From Ascidiella aspersa (Eukaryota), in NCBI GenBank assembly GCA_963924565.1, contig OZ004615.1, positions 19,468,001 to 19,532,000 on the forward strand: 64,000 nucleotides of DNA. The letters run 5' to 3'. The notes below the pieces were generated by a model that had not been told where the DNA came from, did not search any database, and saw only the letters and a program-made list of their open reading frames with translations. Positions 52,089 through 64,000 of the stretch are shown in pieces. The number at the start of each line of letters is the position of its first letter. Positions within the stretch are counted from its first letter, which is position 1. A program made the translations under genes and the position numbers.

Positions 52089-52496
52089 CAGGGTTGCGGA
52101 GTCGGACTCGGGTTTGTTTTTGCTGGAGTCGGACTCGGGACTCGAGTAAGACCTTGTAAAACTACCCGAGTCCCGAGTCCGACATGCGCAGTACCGAATT
52201 TTTAAACTGATATGACCGCCAAATGAAAATTGTAAAGGTGGAATATTATATGGAGGAACATTTTCCAACCATGTATTGTGAGTGAATGAATTATACGACA
52301 ACCCTATGTGGATTGCTGAATATCCACGTTTTTCTAGTTACGTAAATTAGTGAAATACAGGCTGTAGAGTCCGAGCCGGACTCGGGACTCGACAAAATCG
52401 CACATTTGATCGGAGTCGGACTCGGGACTCTGACTTGGGTTTATTTTTTTGGCCGGAGTCGGACTCGGGTTATTTTTAACCGACTCCGCAGCCCTG
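52089..52496 (+). mobile_element. hAT MITE, family C (gagtcggactcgg repeats)
   Basis: TIR cagggttgcggagtcgg/ccgactccgcagccctg; TSD cttcatac/ctacatac. Confidence 0.88.
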
Positions 52497-52511
52497 CTAC
52501 ATACTCCTTTG

Positions 52512-52801
52512 CAGTGTTGTAAACAGTAGATTTTTTTACTTAAGTCCCAAGGAAGTGAATAACTTAATTCCAAGTCAAGTCTTTCTTTTTTGTGTGAGCA
52601 TTAAACTTAACTAAAAATAAAAAAAACGTAACATTTAGCACGAAAATTGTTTTATGCATAAAAAATAAAATAAACACCCCAATTTAGTTAAAGCCAAGTC
52701 GAGTAATTTTGACCAAAAGACTTAAGTCAAGACAAGTCATTTGAAAACAGTGACTTAAGTGCACCTAAGTTAAGTCATTAACTTAAGTCACTACAACACT
52801 T
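52512..52801. mobile_element. hAT MITE, family D (aagtc/gactt-rich)
   Basis: TIR cagtgttgtaa/ctacaacact; TSD ctcctttg/cttctttg. Confidence 0.8.
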
Positions 52802-53768
52802 CTTCTTTGTAAGTGGATTTTTAACGACTATAGCCTTAGTTGTCTGAGTAAAAAAAAATCGTGCTTACACAGTTGTGGTTACCGGTCCGTGGCAGCATTT
52901 TTGTATGTTTACGGGTCAAAAGGTTAAAAAAAAATTTAACTGATTGAGCACCGAGTAATTCGAACAAAATCCATTAACGCAGTCCAAGGTAAAGTGAAAA
53001 TAACATCATTTAATAATAATTCTTTCGTATAAGCTGTTGAGAAAACGATTTCAACGAAGCGTTCGATAATAATCACCGTACAAACAAATCGACAAAAAAG
53101 AGGACACAAAAATACACAGAAATACAGTTTACGCAGAAGGATGAGATGAAACTAGTGAGCGTTTACTACGTGAAGTAAAGAAAATTAAAGGACGACGCAA
53201 AAGATGAAAATTATTCGTAAACAATAGATATAACTACAACTACAAGCAAAGGGTTAGGGTTGAAGGTGATAAGGAACTCGAGAAGGTTGTTTAAATTCAT
53301 GTTACCTCTCGAATAAAACTATTTTATTAGACTCCCAAAAAGTCGACTTATCTTTCAGGCCTTAACTGCGCGTTGCAGTAAAGAACAACCGCGATATTTC
53401 ATGCCACGCGCGCAGAACAGCCATGGCGGTAGCGCTAGTATATCTAAAACTGACTGCTCTTTTAATGCTACAAATTACAAGTTTTAACTGTTTGTAAATT
53501 TCATTACGACGAAAACGATACATGGTTTTGCCTCTGTGCGCGGCGTTGAAAGTGTGACAAAAATAGTTAATAAAAAGCAGGAATTTTAGAAAAAAAATGT
53601 TAGTTTATCATTGGTTGGCTTGCAACGCGCATGGAAGTTGAGTTTTGCAAAAGGAACAAAAATCTAAACATGGATGTTTATAGGAAATGCATGTATACCA
53701 AGCATTTCTGGCATTCACTGATAAAATCATTGTGGGGACCCGCGTAGACACAACAAAGATTTCGGAAC

Positions 53769-53873
53769 TAACGAAGTAAAGCTATTTGTATTACGGTGAA
53801 GTGTAACGAAGTAAAGCTATTTGTATTACGGTGAAGTGTAACGAAGTAAAGCTATTTGTATTACGGTGAAGTG
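53769..53873. repeat. Perfect tandem repeat, 3 x 35 bp
   Basis: (taacgaagtaaagctatttgtattacggtgaagtg)x3 with no spacers. Confidence 0.97.
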
Positions 53874-55518
53874 TCTAATTAATGCCGAACGTCATTAAGT
53901 TTGGGTCGGTTTGAGAATGTTTTCCGCGCAGAAATAGTCTCCGATAAAATTTATTCGTATAAAATAAACTAAACCATTGCACCAGACCATCTAAAACGAT
54001 AGAGGGAGGTTAGAAAATAATTGGGTAGAAGACTTAAGCTACGAGAAACGAAATCATGAATTGCATTTAAGCCCTAACTTTAATTCGGTATTTCATGGTA
54101 AATATGTCGCTTTTTAGATTTTCAATTTTGCCAGAAAACGATAACAGCGGGTTAATATTTTCAGTTTTTACAGCTTTTATTACAGCGGTGTACAGTAAAG
54201 ACGAAACACAACTCCTGCGATACTGCGAGCCGACAGCCAAACCATAATCACCAGCGACTGTATAGCTGTATAGCGTTGTGCGCTGTAATTGACGTGCACT
54301 GCGCCGAAGCGGTGGGAGTCTTAGCGTTTAAGTGGCGCATTTTGATTTGTGATGCAGTCGTTAAGGGTGGCCGACGGCAAAATGAAAAACGGAAAATTAG
54401 TGGAAAACGGGTTACAAACCCTTTCATAGATCACTTGTTTACAATTTTACAAAAAAATAAACGCGTAGAGATATCCGATATTGTCCCTTAGATGCCTAAT
54501 ACCAGGTGGTAGCACCAGTGCTGGTGGTCTGGCACCAAACTAATATTTAGATTTTTAGACACATTTTCCGCTCTTCAAGCAGTGTTTTTATAGCTGGATA
54601 TGATCCTTTATTATGAAATAAAGCTAACGCTATAGCAAGTCAACTAGTTGTCGGTATCAGACTCCTGGCTGTAAATTTTGCCCACAAATTAGGATTGGTA
54701 TCGCAAGAAACTTAACGTCCTACTCGAACGTGCCCTGCGTAAATCAACACCTAAACTTGGTAAGTTAACTGCAAAGCATTTACAAATATGCACAAGAAAG
54801 CAAATACAACTTAAATGAATTAAAGCTCGTTTTTGCGTTCGGCCAAGAAAGTAATCAATTGATTTCGCGAAGCACTTATAATCAGAAAAAAAGTACAAAA
54901 AAGACGCTTAAAATACTCTGTGTTTTTGATTGGGAGTATAAAAATGCTCTTTATCTGCGATATAGTTTCAAAATCAAAGATTATGGACAGTAAACGTGTG
55001 TTTAAAAAACATTGTTAAGAAGCGAGAACAAAACTATAGCTTTTAGGCGTAAAAATAAATATTTTTTGTGGTTCAAAACACGGAAACGTTTTCGTTGCTA
55101 ATTGAAACCAGCTTACGTATAGTAAAGTGCCAGTTACTACTGTAGTAAAACGACGAGTTACTTAAAATTACAATTACATTTTCGCAGTCGCAAAGGGAAA
55201 AAAACGACAAAACGTTTTCGCCTTGTACGGGAAAAAAAGCACAAGAAAAATAAGAACGCGTCAATATTTTCCTATTTGGGGACACCGGAGAAATGCAAAT
55301 ATATTGCCCATAAGAGGAATTTGCCTCTTTATTCAAAATATTTATAGCTTAATAAACACTTACCCGTAGTCGATTTGCATGTAACAAAAACGCATGCAAT
55401 TCACGAGTTTGGTGGCGATTTTTCGCAACAAGCAGAATCGTTGCTGTATTGCTGTTGTTTGTTTGTTTGTTTGTATGTTTTTCTGTTGTGCGGCGACGAG
55501 GTACCAAGCGTAGATGGA

Positions 55519-63366
<7,848 letters not shown>

Positions 63367-63416
63367 CTGGAACAATATATGTCAGATTTGTTTATGTAAA
63401 TAGAACAGATTTGGAA

Positions 63417-63682
63417 AAATTGTTAACAGTCCAATAGAGGTAAAATTTTGTAATTTGTAATACTACTGGCGATATCTTAATATAGTTTTAATAATCCAAT
63501 AGAGGTAAAATTTTATGATTTGTAATACTATTGGCGATATTTTAATAAATTGTTAACAGTCCAATAGAGATAGAGGTACAATTTTGTAGGTTGTAATACG
63601 ACTTGGGATATCTTAATAAATTGTTAACAGTCCAATAGAGATAAAATTTTGATTTGTTATAGTACTGAGGATAGCTTAATAA
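63417..63682. repeat. Minisatellite, about 4 x 65-70 bp
   Basis: aattgttaacagtccaatagag.taaaattttg...gatatcttaata units. Confidence 0.9.
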
Positions 63683-64000
63683 TATCTAATCACATACAAT
63701 GACCAACATTTTAAAATTTTGATTGATAACCAATACTAGGGTATCGCCTATGCTGATAATATTTAAGGCGGCAGCAGTAGACCTGCTTAACAAATAAAAT
63801 TAATCTCATGCAACTCAATAAATTTGACAGATTCGCATTAGCATTTTAATTAATCAGAAACAGTTTGTATTTGACAGCTGATATGTACTGTTTATTATAT
63901 TATTTCCTATAAAAGTATAGCTGGTAGTAAATTAAAAAAATATGTCAACTTTATGACAAAGCTGCACAGAGATTAGTTTAGTGCAACTGTATGTACTATA

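Noticed and set aside
53769-53873. CRISPR-like 35-bp repeats
   Set aside because: Units are head-to-tail with no spacers, there are no cas genes, and the context is eukaryotic.

Overview
AT-rich, intron-rich animal genomic DNA. It looks like an invertebrate chordate, possibly a tunicate, but taxon cannot be fixed from sequence alone. Most entries in the ORF track are spurious; I rebuilt the real genes by hand from GT-AG junctions and checked every intron phase. Three genes are present. (1) TSPEAR on +: 11 coding exons at 2167-24090, 548 aa visible, with a LamG/TSPN domain and 7 EAR repeats; the 5' end lies left of the window. (2) A complete SPATS2/SPATS2L-like (DUF1387) gene on -: 15 coding exons at 43008-29604, about 727 aa, with an RGG-rich C-terminus. 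(3) The last three exons of a PP1-beta catalytic subunit (PPP1CB-like) on -, 63366-55519. Introns and intergenic DNA hold many non-autonomous hAT-type MITEs, many with recognisable 8-bp TSDs, plus a few tandem repeats. The most notable unexplained elements are a Penelope-type minimal hammerhead ribozyme motif at 13-90, a MITE whose TSD duplicates a TSPEAR splice donor, and a sharply bounded CpG-depleted domain over the SPATS2 gene body.
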